64,000 nucleotides of DNA. Origin: Klebsormidium nitens. Taxonomy: Eukaryota > Plantae > Klebsormidiophyceae. Each line of letters begins with the position of its first letter. The first letter of the stretch is position 1. Shown one piece after another: positions 11,255 through 22,400 of this stretch. The stretch spans positions 111,079-175,078 of the forward strand of contig DF237086.1 in assembly GCA_000708835.1 (NCBI GenBank), in the 5' to 3' direction. A program made the translations under genes and the position numbers. The notes below the pieces were generated by a model, which had not been told where the DNA came from, made no database searches, and saw only the letters and a program-made list of their open reading frames with translations.

Positions 11255-12977
11255 TTGAGAACAGGGCCCATTTTAGGAAGGAGCGCAGAGTTACTTTGAG
11301 ATGCAGAACCATGCGGGAGTATGAAGGGGTCTACGACAAGGTACTGCTCACAGTAAGCTCGTTCGAGGCTCATTTTTGACTTGAGGAGGTGGACACAATC
11401 AGGTATTGGTCCTTCGAGTGACGGTTGGAAGTGGAAGTTGGTAATGGACCATCAAAAATGTGTCCTCTGCAATCGTGGATTCGGGCCTGGCGCTGTTGGT
11501 TCAAAGTCAGCATGCGCAGGTTTATTCCGAAGTGAAGCCTGTGGCAAGTCAATTGCATTTCTGTGCCTTGGCCGGTCAACTGTGGATCGGTTGAAGCACG
11601 AATGACGATTAAAGGGCAGGGAGCCGTTGTCTTCATCGCGGCAACTTGCCAATTACACGGCACAAAGGCTTGCCGCTCACTTCAGAAAGAATTGGGTCAG
11701 TTCTACGTACATATGCATCGACAGCTCCCTCTAAGTATCTCGTAGCTACTTACTTCACATGAGCGCAATGGCCCGCTACTGTAGCTAACTGGAATGGTCA
11801 AGCTTCAATCTCAGTCCAAGGGTATTCTGCGAACAGATTCTTGTGGGCGGGCGATCGCCAGATTTATTTGACTCAAGTCGAGCAAGGATCGCCCGTGCAC
11901 CTAAAATGATTGCTCTATTAACCTAATCCATGTGCATTTCAACTTGTCTTGCGTTGATCCGAACCGCGTCGGGTAGAACATAATATGTGCGCCCAATTCA
12001 TGAGGATCTGATCAGGATCTCCACTTAGGTCATGATATGTGGAATTAAGCCTGCCCATGCATGCCACACTACTAGGCAAACCGTGTTGGCGCCGCCCCGG
12101 TTCGATTCAAATTATGATTGATTGATGATTGAACTCGATCATCAATCATCAATTTATATAATATAATTCCGATCAATTAACTCTAATGTTTCTAGCTTGA
12201 AGCAGTGGGTACCATGCAGCTTCGGCGGCGCATAGTGCGGAGCCTGTCTGCCCGCTTCCGTCATGCGAATTGTCGAGATACAAATTGCACATGACTTATG
12301 TACAGGTGTTGAGTTCAGGCCTGACGTGTACAATATCATGTCTATTCAATCTATAGAAATGCGGATCACTGAGGTTCATGTCATTCATTTGATTGAGTCA
12401 ATGATCGACACATCCGGTTCCCGCTTTGTCCAATGTCTTGTACGCCGCCAAGCATGTCCACGGAAAAGCTCGTCCAAGGACACCAAGTTCGGAAAATCAG
12501 TATCGCGCACGCCAGCAAACTCTTAAACAAAATGTGAAGCTAGCTTTTACTTGAAGCTCGCATGTTAAGGGGCGTACGTGTTGTAGGCCTCGAGTTGGAA
12601 GTCCGACGAGTTGCTCATACCTAGCGCGGCACAAGCTCGGATGTGACAATTGCTACGCATTGAACTCAGAACTTCGGATGCAATGAGTCACCCTCGATCG
12701 GATGTCGTCCAACGTTCATGCATTGTATCATATGACGAGCTGGTTCACCGTTTGCAAGTATTTACCATTCAGAACTGAACACAGCGTACCCAATTGCTCC
12801 GTACTTCCAGATATATCATAGTCTGTTTCCTTCTTCTGCATTTGATAGACGCTCTTTCAATCGGCCCTGTATCCGACGAGACAGTCTCTCAAAAACAAAA
12901 CAATAGTCCGACCACCAAACAAGCACGAGTTCCAGTCAGATCACGTATCGTTCACGGCAGTCCGCTCTTCGTCGTTC

Positions 12978-14669
12978 CTAAGAAGCCGGCTTACGGGTCG
13001 CGCCCGCTTGGCAGTGAACCTTGTGAGTTGGCCAGTGTAGCTTCTGGTGATCTTTGCTGCAGAGATAGATTTGCACCTCAATTGCTGAAGCTTGCAGAGG
13101 AAAAAGGCAAGATACTCACAAGATACGCAAAGCAAAGTCAGGAGGTATCTCTGAGTAGAATTACCGCGTGCCAAGCGAATGCGTCAAAAACATTCGAGAA
13201 CAAGGATTATCAACACGGGATGAACATTATGCCTCAGCAGGGGCAGGAGCACAGGGCGAGAAGTATGGCGTGAGAGAAAACGCGTCTAGCTCACTCATCA
13301 GGCGCATCTTCTCCTTGAACTACCTTTGGGGATAGCTTAAGGCTCGAAGCGGCGGAGGATCAGCAGGGTTTCTATGATCCGATTACAGGCATTTATGCAA
13401 AACCTTGCCCTGTGCTTGACAGTTGCATTTAAAACCTACAGAGGCCGCTTGCGTGCGGAAAACTGAATTCTCCTTGCCACACTGACGCCGCGAATGCTCA
13501 ACATATGAGCGAAGCCTCCCCGATTCATCTCTGAAAACTTACCTGCAGTAACGTGATACTTGACAGATCGCGCACTTGCCAAACTTCTTCCCAATCACGG
13601 GCTCAGGGCCTGCCTTGCACAGCTTCCACGAGCAAACCACCGGAGTTCCAACTGCTTCGTGTCCAACACCTGTTTCCGCTCTGACCTTCCACTGCTCAGG
13701 GCAGCGCGGTTGCGTCATCATCGTCACCGGGTACTTTCGCAGCTTCGCTTCAATGTGTCGCCAAGGCTTGAAGGGCAGCTCTGAACAGTTGATCTTCTGC
13801 TTGTGGGGCTTGAAACCTGAGAGTGCATTGTGCACGCGCATCCTTTCTGCAGTGGCCTCCATCTCGAGTAAGTAGAGAAGGAGTGCAGTGCATCGCACGA
13901 ACGGAGAGCCAATCCGTTTTGATTCCTCTAGGGGCGAGGCTTCGTAGATTGCTGCAATCAGTTTGAGGAGGCCCCTCTCTAATGCCCAGAGCTGGCTGTC
14001 GGCGGCGAACGCAAGCGACGTCACCAATCGAGTCATCCAAGCACGGACACCGAATGAATCTTCAGCAGGTAGCTTATTGAGGAAGTCCTGTGAAAGGAGA
14101 GGTCCAAGGTAGTCGAAAAGGCTTTGCTGCTCTGCAACTTCCCGCATCGCTTCTCGGAAGGCTTCTGAACCCCGTGCAAAGTTGGCCACAATTTGCAGAG
14201 GGGCCGTCATCATCACTCGAAAATTGAGCTCTTCATATGTCTCTTCGCCTTTCTGAAGCAAGCGCGCTTCTTCGACGAACAAACCGGACAATTCGCGGTA
14301 GATCTTGCAAGCAGCCTGTCTTTCTTTTGCTCCTATTGCAGACAACCTCAAAGTTCTTTCAACAAAAACCTTGCTGGAAGAGAGATAGGCAAGCGCCGTA
14401 CCGTAGACAACCATAAACTTAAATGCTGTGAAGTCATCCTGGCGTGGAACCTGCCCGAGCGTGCCGATCCAAAGTTGATTCAAGACTACGCCCCCATGGT
14501 ATGCTGTAATCTCTTGAGCAATCCTCGCAAATCCAAGCTTCTTTCCTTCGCCCTCATTCATGACGAAGAAGCTTTGTAGAATCTCAACGCCTCTGTTGAT
14601 TTCTTCAGGGACCTCCGAGCTCAGCAAGACCGCGCATCTCTTGATCAACTGATCGAAGTCCTCGTCCAT
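12978..14669 (-). CDS. MYND-type zinc-finger protein with long helical N-terminal region (401 aa, 2 exons)
   Basis: Exon 14669-13543 ends ...CAICQVSRYC-AG|GTAAG. Exon 13056-12978 follows ctctgcag and gives (S)KDHQKLHWPTHKVHCQAGATRKPAS*. The joined motif CSWKLC..CAIC..YCSKDHQKLHWPTHKVHC is a MYND finger with His at one usual Cys position. Confidence 0.8.
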
Positions 14670-15901
14670 TTTGCTGTCCCACCGCCAGGCGCTATGAGAA
14701 CTGTGGTGCAGAGTCTCTGCCGCTCGGAATCTGAGGCCGCTTCTCTGGTATGTGTAAGAAGCTACAGCAGATTCTGGGCTTCCAAATCAGCAACCTTCTG
14801 CAGCTTCGCTCATTGGATCATGTGTTCTTGCACTGCGCCTTACTCGCCTGAAGAATGATAATCCTTATTTGCGGCATGCTTCAAACGCTGGAGCAGCCAA
14901 ATGTCAGCATTGCATGGGAGTCTGACTCTTCGAAAGTGGTCGCTAGCGCTTGCGTCCCCCGGAACTTATAACAGTTTCTTCAAATCGGAGGGTTCGACCT
15001 CTTTAAGCTGTCTTTTGAGTTTGAAAAATCCGAGGTGGTTCAAACAGATACAAATTACATGCAATATAGTTGATTTTCATTCAAATCAAAGGAGGCAATC
15101 CAACACTTCAGGCCTCGATCTGAATGTCCTGCGCAGTATGGTGATGTCATCAGAGGCCTCGAAATTGGCGATTCAACAATTCCAGCTCCGATTGTCGCGC
15201 CAAATTATTTGACACCAGCTACGCGCAACAATCAGGCGCAGTAGCTAAGTTTCATCAGGGTCTGCGCACAACATATGAATGTGTCATGAAGAACTCGTAC
15301 AGCAGCTCTAGATTCTCGAAGATCCTCGAATTGAAGTACGTCCACTGCACTGGTCAGCCATCAATGTGCAGCGTCATGCATGCCTTGACTATGGTTACAT
15401 GCCTCATGTTACCAAGTCAATAACAACCTTCAGGCTTGCGTCGCCCAATTCTGGTAGGGTCCTCTGGAGCAGACGTGTTCCACTTCGATGTCTACAGCCT
15501 TCTCGTTCGTCAGAGATCTAGGAATATGCTTCATCCAGACTCCAAACAGTGTGTACATGTTGCTTTTTGCTGCGTGTATACGCAACGCTGAATTTCGCAG
15601 GGTGAAATGCTGAGGAGAAGCTGTGCTTCAGGCCTTTATTATATGGGCGCCTTGGTGCCATGCAGCGCAGGCAACTTTTCTGGTTGGAGCGAGCGGCCAA
15701 GGCGACCTCATAGCGCCTTTGACCAAGTTCAAAATTTTGCGAAGACGTTGCATGCGCTCACGCGCTATAGACGTGAGTCCTGATACCTGGACTTCTGAGC
15801 GCGCGCATGCACCTAAAAACCCCCTCTCAGCAGCAGCAGCGGGTGCAAGAAGAGCGGCAACATCTGCTAGCTAGAGGTTCGGCCGCTCAACAGCATAGAA
15901 G

Positions 15902-17745
15902 ATGGAAGACGATCTTGACCAGATTGTGCACAAGTGTGTCGCCATGCTGATGTCAAATGACCCAGAGCTGATCATGCAAAGCGCTGAGTTACTGCAGGCC
16001 TTGATGAAGGAGAGGGAAAGTATGGAGAAAGTCGCCAGAGTCGTTCAGGAGATTGCAGCATACCGTGGTGGCGCTGTTTTGAACTTGATCTGGATGGGGA
16101 CATTAGGAAGAAATCCCAGCAACACAGGCGGGGACAAAGCATGCGAATACTTCATCGTCTGCACCGCAGCATTTCAGGTCTTCACATCAAGCAAGGCAGT
16201 CGTGGAGCGCTACTTGACAACAATAGGGGCAAACGAGAGGGAGAGTGCTCGGGCAATCTACGAGGCACTCTCTTCCCGGCCTTTGAGCACTGCGCAGGCT
16301 TTCAGCCGAGGAAAGAAGACCCTGCTGATTGAATCCTTCATTATCAGGCCTTTAGACTGCCTGGCAAACTTTGCAAAGGGCTCCAAGGTCTTCCGTGATG
16401 TAATCAAGGACTTTGCAGAACAGCGTTCCATCTTCGATACCTTCGGGACATTTTTGTCGGCTGAATTTCTGGGCGACCTAAGGGCTGAAGATCAGTGGTC
16501 AGTGCGGGTCGCCCTAACCAGTCTTGCGGAAGCGCTTGCATTTTCCAATGACAGCCAGCTCTGGGCGCTAGACAAGGGCCTGCTTAAGCTGATCTCAGCA
16601 ATTTACGAACACTCACCCTTGGAGGATCTGAAAAACAAGTCGAAGCCTGCTCTCAAGCACAAGGCCATCCCGGTGATGCGCTGCACTGCGGTTCTCATGT
16701 ACTTGCTGGAGAGAGAGTCCACGCTAGAGAAGCTGCGTGCTCACAACGCCCTTGCAGGCTTCAAGCCCCACAGGCGCAAGATCGATGCTGCAAGCATGAA
16801 TTGCTATAAGTCCCATGGTGGAAAGGTCAACGGCGCTACAATTCTCGAAGGACGATACTGGGGTTACATGGAAGCTAAGTTGCAAGGCGTGCCGGTGACT
16901 CTGGCCCTGGGGAACGAAAGGATTCCCCCGGGGTACTTGAGGAAACAAATGCGGGGCAAAGATGGAGGCATGGACGTCCAGGTGGTGTGCTCATGGAAAC
17001 TGTGCACGGCAGGCGAAGAGCAGATTGGTCGGAAATTTGGCAAGTGCAGCGTTTGCCAAGTCGCCCGCTACTGCAGGTAAGAAGTCAGTCGCCATGGACG
17101 AAGTTGCCATGATGACTTTCAAAGGAATGCTTAAAAGGGCGCCACTTCTCTGGGTTTTCAATTCGATACAATGAACGGCGAACAAACGTGAGGAGATACT
17201 CAGCATAAGTTGTCAAAGTCAGAAGGCTAAGCAGATTGTCCAGAGTGGTTTTACGTTTTTGCGAAAGCTGTCCATTGAGGTTGTTCGATGCGATTCAAAG
17301 CGACAGCCAAGGTCATATTTGTGGCAGTAAAGCGATCGACAGTCTTATCAAAGGCAAAAAACCACTGGTCAGCTTTCGATCCGATCTGAAGCGATCTAAA
17401 GCGACAGCCAAGGTTACTTTTGTGGCAGTCCCTTGTTGATCCTTGTTGATCCCTTGTTCCAGGTCGTCGAGTTTTATTCCTCGTCCATAATCTAGGAGCG
17501 AGTGACATCACTCTGATCATATCACGGCCTTCTTATTGAATCGATATGATCTTTCAGATTACTTCCACGTAACCTACGAGACATTTTTCGAATCGGGTTT
17601 GCCAAGCTGACTGCGCCTGCTTCCTTGCAGCAAGGAGCATCAAAGCCTGCACTGGCGGACCCACAAAGTTCACTGTCGGGCCAAGGATTCTGGCGGGTCC
17701 GTAGGGACGTCTGAAAGGGAAAGGCCTTCAGAAGGGGAGCAATGA
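15902..17745 (+). CDS. MYND-type zinc-finger protein, paralogue of the 12978-14669 gene (429 aa, 2 exons)
   Basis: Exon 15902-17076 ends CSVCQVARYC-AG|GTAAG. Exon 17631-17745 follows ccttgcag and gives (S)KEHQSLHWRTHKVHC...*. It shares blocks with its neighbour (NFAKGSKVFR/NFARGSEAFR, DSQLWAL, VVCSWKLC, KFGKC) and the same phase-2 intron. Confidence 0.8.
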
Positions 17746-19425
17746 GTCATGTAATCCACGGACATGGGTAGTAGGTAGCGCAGTCACTTTGTCCAAGTTT
17801 TATTGCGCCATGGTTTAGATGCCGGTCCGTTCCAAGAAAGGACTCCTGCCGATTGGTGAAAGTCCGGTCAGAACCGCGGCATTACATCTGATCGAGGAAT
17901 TCATTCAACATGACGTTTAAAATCTTGCGAGGAATGTCTGAGCAATTTCCAATGGACGGATGGACGAATCGTCTACGCTAAGTATAAGCGGCTGGATAGA
18001 CCATGCGAAAGCGCGGCAGGACAAGTCGAGGTGGTATCCCGCCATTTCTTTACTTGGTATTTTGAATTGTAGTGGCTCAGAATAGATGACAAGTGGTTCT
18101 CAAACCCTCGGAAACTTAACCGGCCAAGTGTAGGATCCTATCTGCACCGTCCTGAACTCACTAACACGCTGGACGGGCGCTATGCAACCCGTGGTCTCAA
18201 GCTCCTGCGACTCTTCCGGTTGATTGCCCTCAATTTCAACGGCGATGTCTTGAAGAAAACAGTTGCACCGTCTTACACGTACAATATGAGCGGCACAGCT
18301 TCTCAACGGCCCATACCCATGTAGCATCCCCCTATGACCCACGGAATCAGCTTGCTGAAAAGTACTCAAACCTGCATGAAGGTGTGTAGCATGGAATCAC
18401 TGATCGCCCTTGTTTATCATATCACCTGGCCTTCGATGAGCCCATGCAAGAATTCAGGCCCATCACTGTAAACGGATTCTCCTGATTAAGATGCGGCTGC
18501 CAAGCCTGTAATTGGAGGCGTGTTGAGTCCATCTTTTTCAAGTCGGCTTTTTCAAGCCTTTTCATTTTGCTAGACTGCTATTCGACCCAATCCAATCGTG
18601 ACTCAAATCGCTGAATCTTCTTATCTCCTCAGCTCGAAGGCGACTTTAGTCCCCATTTAGTCATGCTCGCAGCTAGCTCACGTTTGTATTATTGTATATA
18701 TGTCCGTTCAAGGATGTCGCCTGGCAACGCAGATGGTCATATTCAAAGATCTAGCTTCGTCAACACATCGATAACGTCAGTCAATTATGATTCACAGCAA
18801 ACGGTGCTGAACACGATGCTTTTTACTACCGTCAGGCATGCTACTCACAATGGCGAGCTGATGCTACTGCGGCCGCGGTACTGAATTAGAGGTCGCAATG
18901 GCGCGGATCACGGCCGGCCGGCCGCCTAGCTAGGCTGGCCCGTAGATGAGCAAGGGTTTATGGTTTTCCAAAAGTCAGGGTTTTACTGTTGATGTTGATC
19001 ATGCACAGGAATTTCTCTTGAATGAAAGTTTCATTGCACCTGATCTTAGCCTTAGGCTTAGGATCCTAGCTGCTCAAGGCGCTTTTAAAATCCTTGAGTC
19101 TGGACAAAGATGCTGCTGATACGTGCAAGATTATCTTATGTCCTCAAGGCGAGCTCAGCATTTCGCAATCTGGCATCCAGCAAGTTGAAAGAGCCTGGTT
19201 ATTGCCTCTGATTGTGATTTCTCTATCCCCGGACTTCTTGTAGCGCCAGAAGATTCAGACAACCACCAAGGGGATTGGAGTGGTGTCTGTTCATAGTGGG
19301 CACCAACAGTCGGTCTGTGCGCTTCGAAAGCATATCTCAAACTGCATCTCGTACTGCTGGCGATTAGAAGGTTTCTCTGAGGCAATTCGCGGTGGTTTCT
19401 TTTAGTTTGCGTCTGCAACACAACT

Positions 19426-22400
19426 ATGTCGAATGTGTATGTCGTAGAGCCACCAACGAAAGGGAAGGTGGTGTTCACAACCACCTACGGCGACATTGAC
19501 ATCGAGCTATGGGCGAAAGAAGCGCCAAAGACGGTGAGCTTGCGATCCTTCACTGTATCTCCCCACCACTACTCCTTGGTCCAACATATCCTGCAAGAAG
19601 AGAAGGATGTTCCAAAGTCTGCGGCCCTCCCTCTGCTGCCCATAGCAAATTTTGCACCACCCCCACCGCTGCTGAAGGCAGTGGTCATCAATTCTTATGC
19701 AGTTGCTCTTGTTCAACAGCTTTTGCGGCCCACTCGCACGTCCGAGCTAGTACCATTCAGTCAGCCCTCCTCAGGCGCTTCCTTTTCACAGAAAGAAAGT
19801 CCATCTTTCTGAGTTACTCTGGCTTGTCAAATGCCATTGTTGATCTAGATGATTTCTATTGTGTCCACTGCACACGCAGAGAAATATCGCGGTTTTTATT
19901 GCAGGTACGCAACTTCGTGCAACTGTGCCTGGAGGGTTACTATAATGGCACTGCTTTCCACCGGGTCATCAAGGACTTCATGATTCAGGCTGGGGATCCT
20001 ACCGGCACTGGAGAAGGTGCGCAACATATTCAGAACTTAGCTAACTCAGCAAGTCTTTCAGATTGGGGCATATTGCTGCAGCATCTGTCTTGTTGTGATA
20101 GCAAGCTGCTTCACAAATCTTAACATCATTGATCGTTGTGTCAGCAAGCCTATGCTGCCTGACTCGTGCTAGCAGCTCTGATTTGCTTTCGATTTCCCAG
20201 AGCTGTGTCCCTGCCCAAACCTCAAGGCGAGGCTAAACCTTCTTTTTAACAATTCAACCTTGGTAGCATCAACCTCAATTAGGTGAGGTGGAGTGGACGG
20301 GGAAGCAAAAAGACTCTCATTGAGCTGGTTGTAGAAAAGCGAGAACCAGAATCTGCTTTCTTACCTTCCAGAGTGATAGAAGGTGAAAGGGTATTTGAAT
20401 GCTGGCAAACGTTCATTAGCAGGGGGCGCGTCCACCTACGGGCCCTACTTTTCTCATATGCAAAGTTAAAATAGTGATTGAAAGATATTGGGTCCCAGTG
20501 GGTGTGTCTCTGCAGGGGGCGAGTCCATCTGGGAAAATTACTCTCCGGTCTTTCAGAGTCGAGAAGGTAGCTGTGATGATAACGAAAACTCAGTGAACGT
20601 CTGTTGGCAGGGGGTGAGTCTATCTACGGGGGCTACTTCCCTGACGAGTTCCACTCCCGCCTGCGCTTCAAGCACCGGGGCCTGGTGGCGAGCGCCAACG
20701 CCGGAACGCCTGACACCAACAACTCACAATTCTTTGTGACGCTCGACCGATGCGACTGGCTGGACAAGAAGAACACCATCTTTGGGAAGGTGAGGCAGGA
20801 AGGTTGATTGTCCCATTTGATAGGACCGAAAAAGCAGAACTCCGAAGCCTGGGGTGGTCTATTTGAGGAGCCTACTTAATTGGATGCGCAGATGGAGGGT
20901 GTATATTTGTCTTACGGCAGACGTGAGGTGTATGCTACCTTTGTTTGTAAAAATACAATACGCCCCCACTCACCATTGAGATGTGCGGGCAGATTTGGAA
21001 GAGGACTTCGCGATTATACCTTCTGCACCGTACAGGCGCGACTTTACAACATTCTTTCACATGGACATAGACCAGTACACAATAGTATTGCCTTCGTAGG
21101 ACACGAGGAGGCAATATTATTGTCACACCAAAACATATTTGCAGCGCAAGGTAGCTTAAATCTGATGTGATCCGTGGTCATCTGATCTTCTCTATAATTG
21201 GACGTTTCAGGTGACTGGTGAGACAATCTACAACGTACTGAAGATTGGCGGTCTGGAGGTGGATGCAAACGACCGCCCCATCGAGCCGCCCAAGATCATC
21301 TCAACGGAGGCAAGAGTCCTTGCTCTGCGAATCGCAAGCCGAGACTTTGAAGAGTCCTTTCTCCTTAATTCATCGTACTTTGAAGCTTTCGTTCTTGTGG
21401 CAAAACGACCGTCATCCTCTGTGCCGATGGGCGACAGCAACATTGTGCATCCTTCGATTTCGTGTCAAGCCCCACTTGATAATACTAGTTTGTGCTCCAT
21501 CTCGTCTGCTACATCCTACGGATTCGGTTGCGGTCGCTGCCAAAACGGCTTGATAACCCTCAGCTTCTGAACTCAATCAAGAGAAGCCCATTTTACTGCA
21601 AGTTTTTCCTTCCTCACGGTTTTCTGTCGACCATATCCAGGTACTTTGGAACCCGTTCGACGATCTCGTACCTCGGCCGGAGAAGCTAGCGGCCGCAAAG
21701 GCCGCGCAGGAGGAGCCGCAAAAGAAGCCTCGAAAGAAGGAGAAAAAGTGAGCCCCATCTCTTATACCTCAAAGCTTTAGCGATCAGAAGTACGCTACAC
21801 TAGTTGCGAAAACGGCCGGTCCGCAGAAGGATTCTCGTGAAGGAGCCCCGTCGCCACCTCCATCGTTCACATGTCGAGAGTTCGCAAGGAGCATATAGAC
21901 TCTGGTGATATTGGTTGTGGATCTGCTCGGTCGCGAACGTGACTTCTCGCTGTCCTGTGAAGCTACAGAGGCATTTGTGGCATCGGTGGCACTCTCTGTT
22001 GTAGAATAAGCCCGGTTTGCCCGGCCTCTCACTTTCTTCTGTCCAAAACCCAAGCATGGACCGCCAGACGGAAAGAATCAGCTGCTGGCACTTGGAAGAC
22101 TGACGCACCTTCTCTTACGTCCTCCCCTCTTCACCAAACCTACCTGCAACCCCCGCGTCCTTCGAAAGAAAAAACAAAAGTATAAATCTGTCCATGGAAA
22201 TCGTGCAGGAGAGCAGAAAAAGGTCGAAATTGCCCTCCTTGCAGGAACCTCGCGCTCCTGTCTTTCGGTGAGGACGCAGCAGAGGAGGATGCGGTGCCGG
22301 CGGTCGTTCCCGTAAAGATCAAGAGCGCGCACGACATCCTGGACGAGAAGCGGCTCCTGAGAGAAGAAGCGGAGGGCGAAGAAGCTGAACTGGTGAGGAA

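Noticed and set aside
11310-11360. Weak echo of the TIC56 last-exon start in the 3' UTR (gcagaac...cgacaaggt.ctg)
   Set aside because: Similarity is too short and gapped to separate from chance, so it was not counted. The weak match at 47051 in CHLH was excluded for the same reason.
12099-12108. tRNA/SINE B-box-like ggttcgattc
   Set aside because: No T-stem closure, A-box or cloverleaf around it.
12794-13273. 159-aa plus-strand ORF with a signal-peptide-like start
   Set aside because: Non-ATG start, antisense to the MYND gene's last exon and intron, no recognisable motif.
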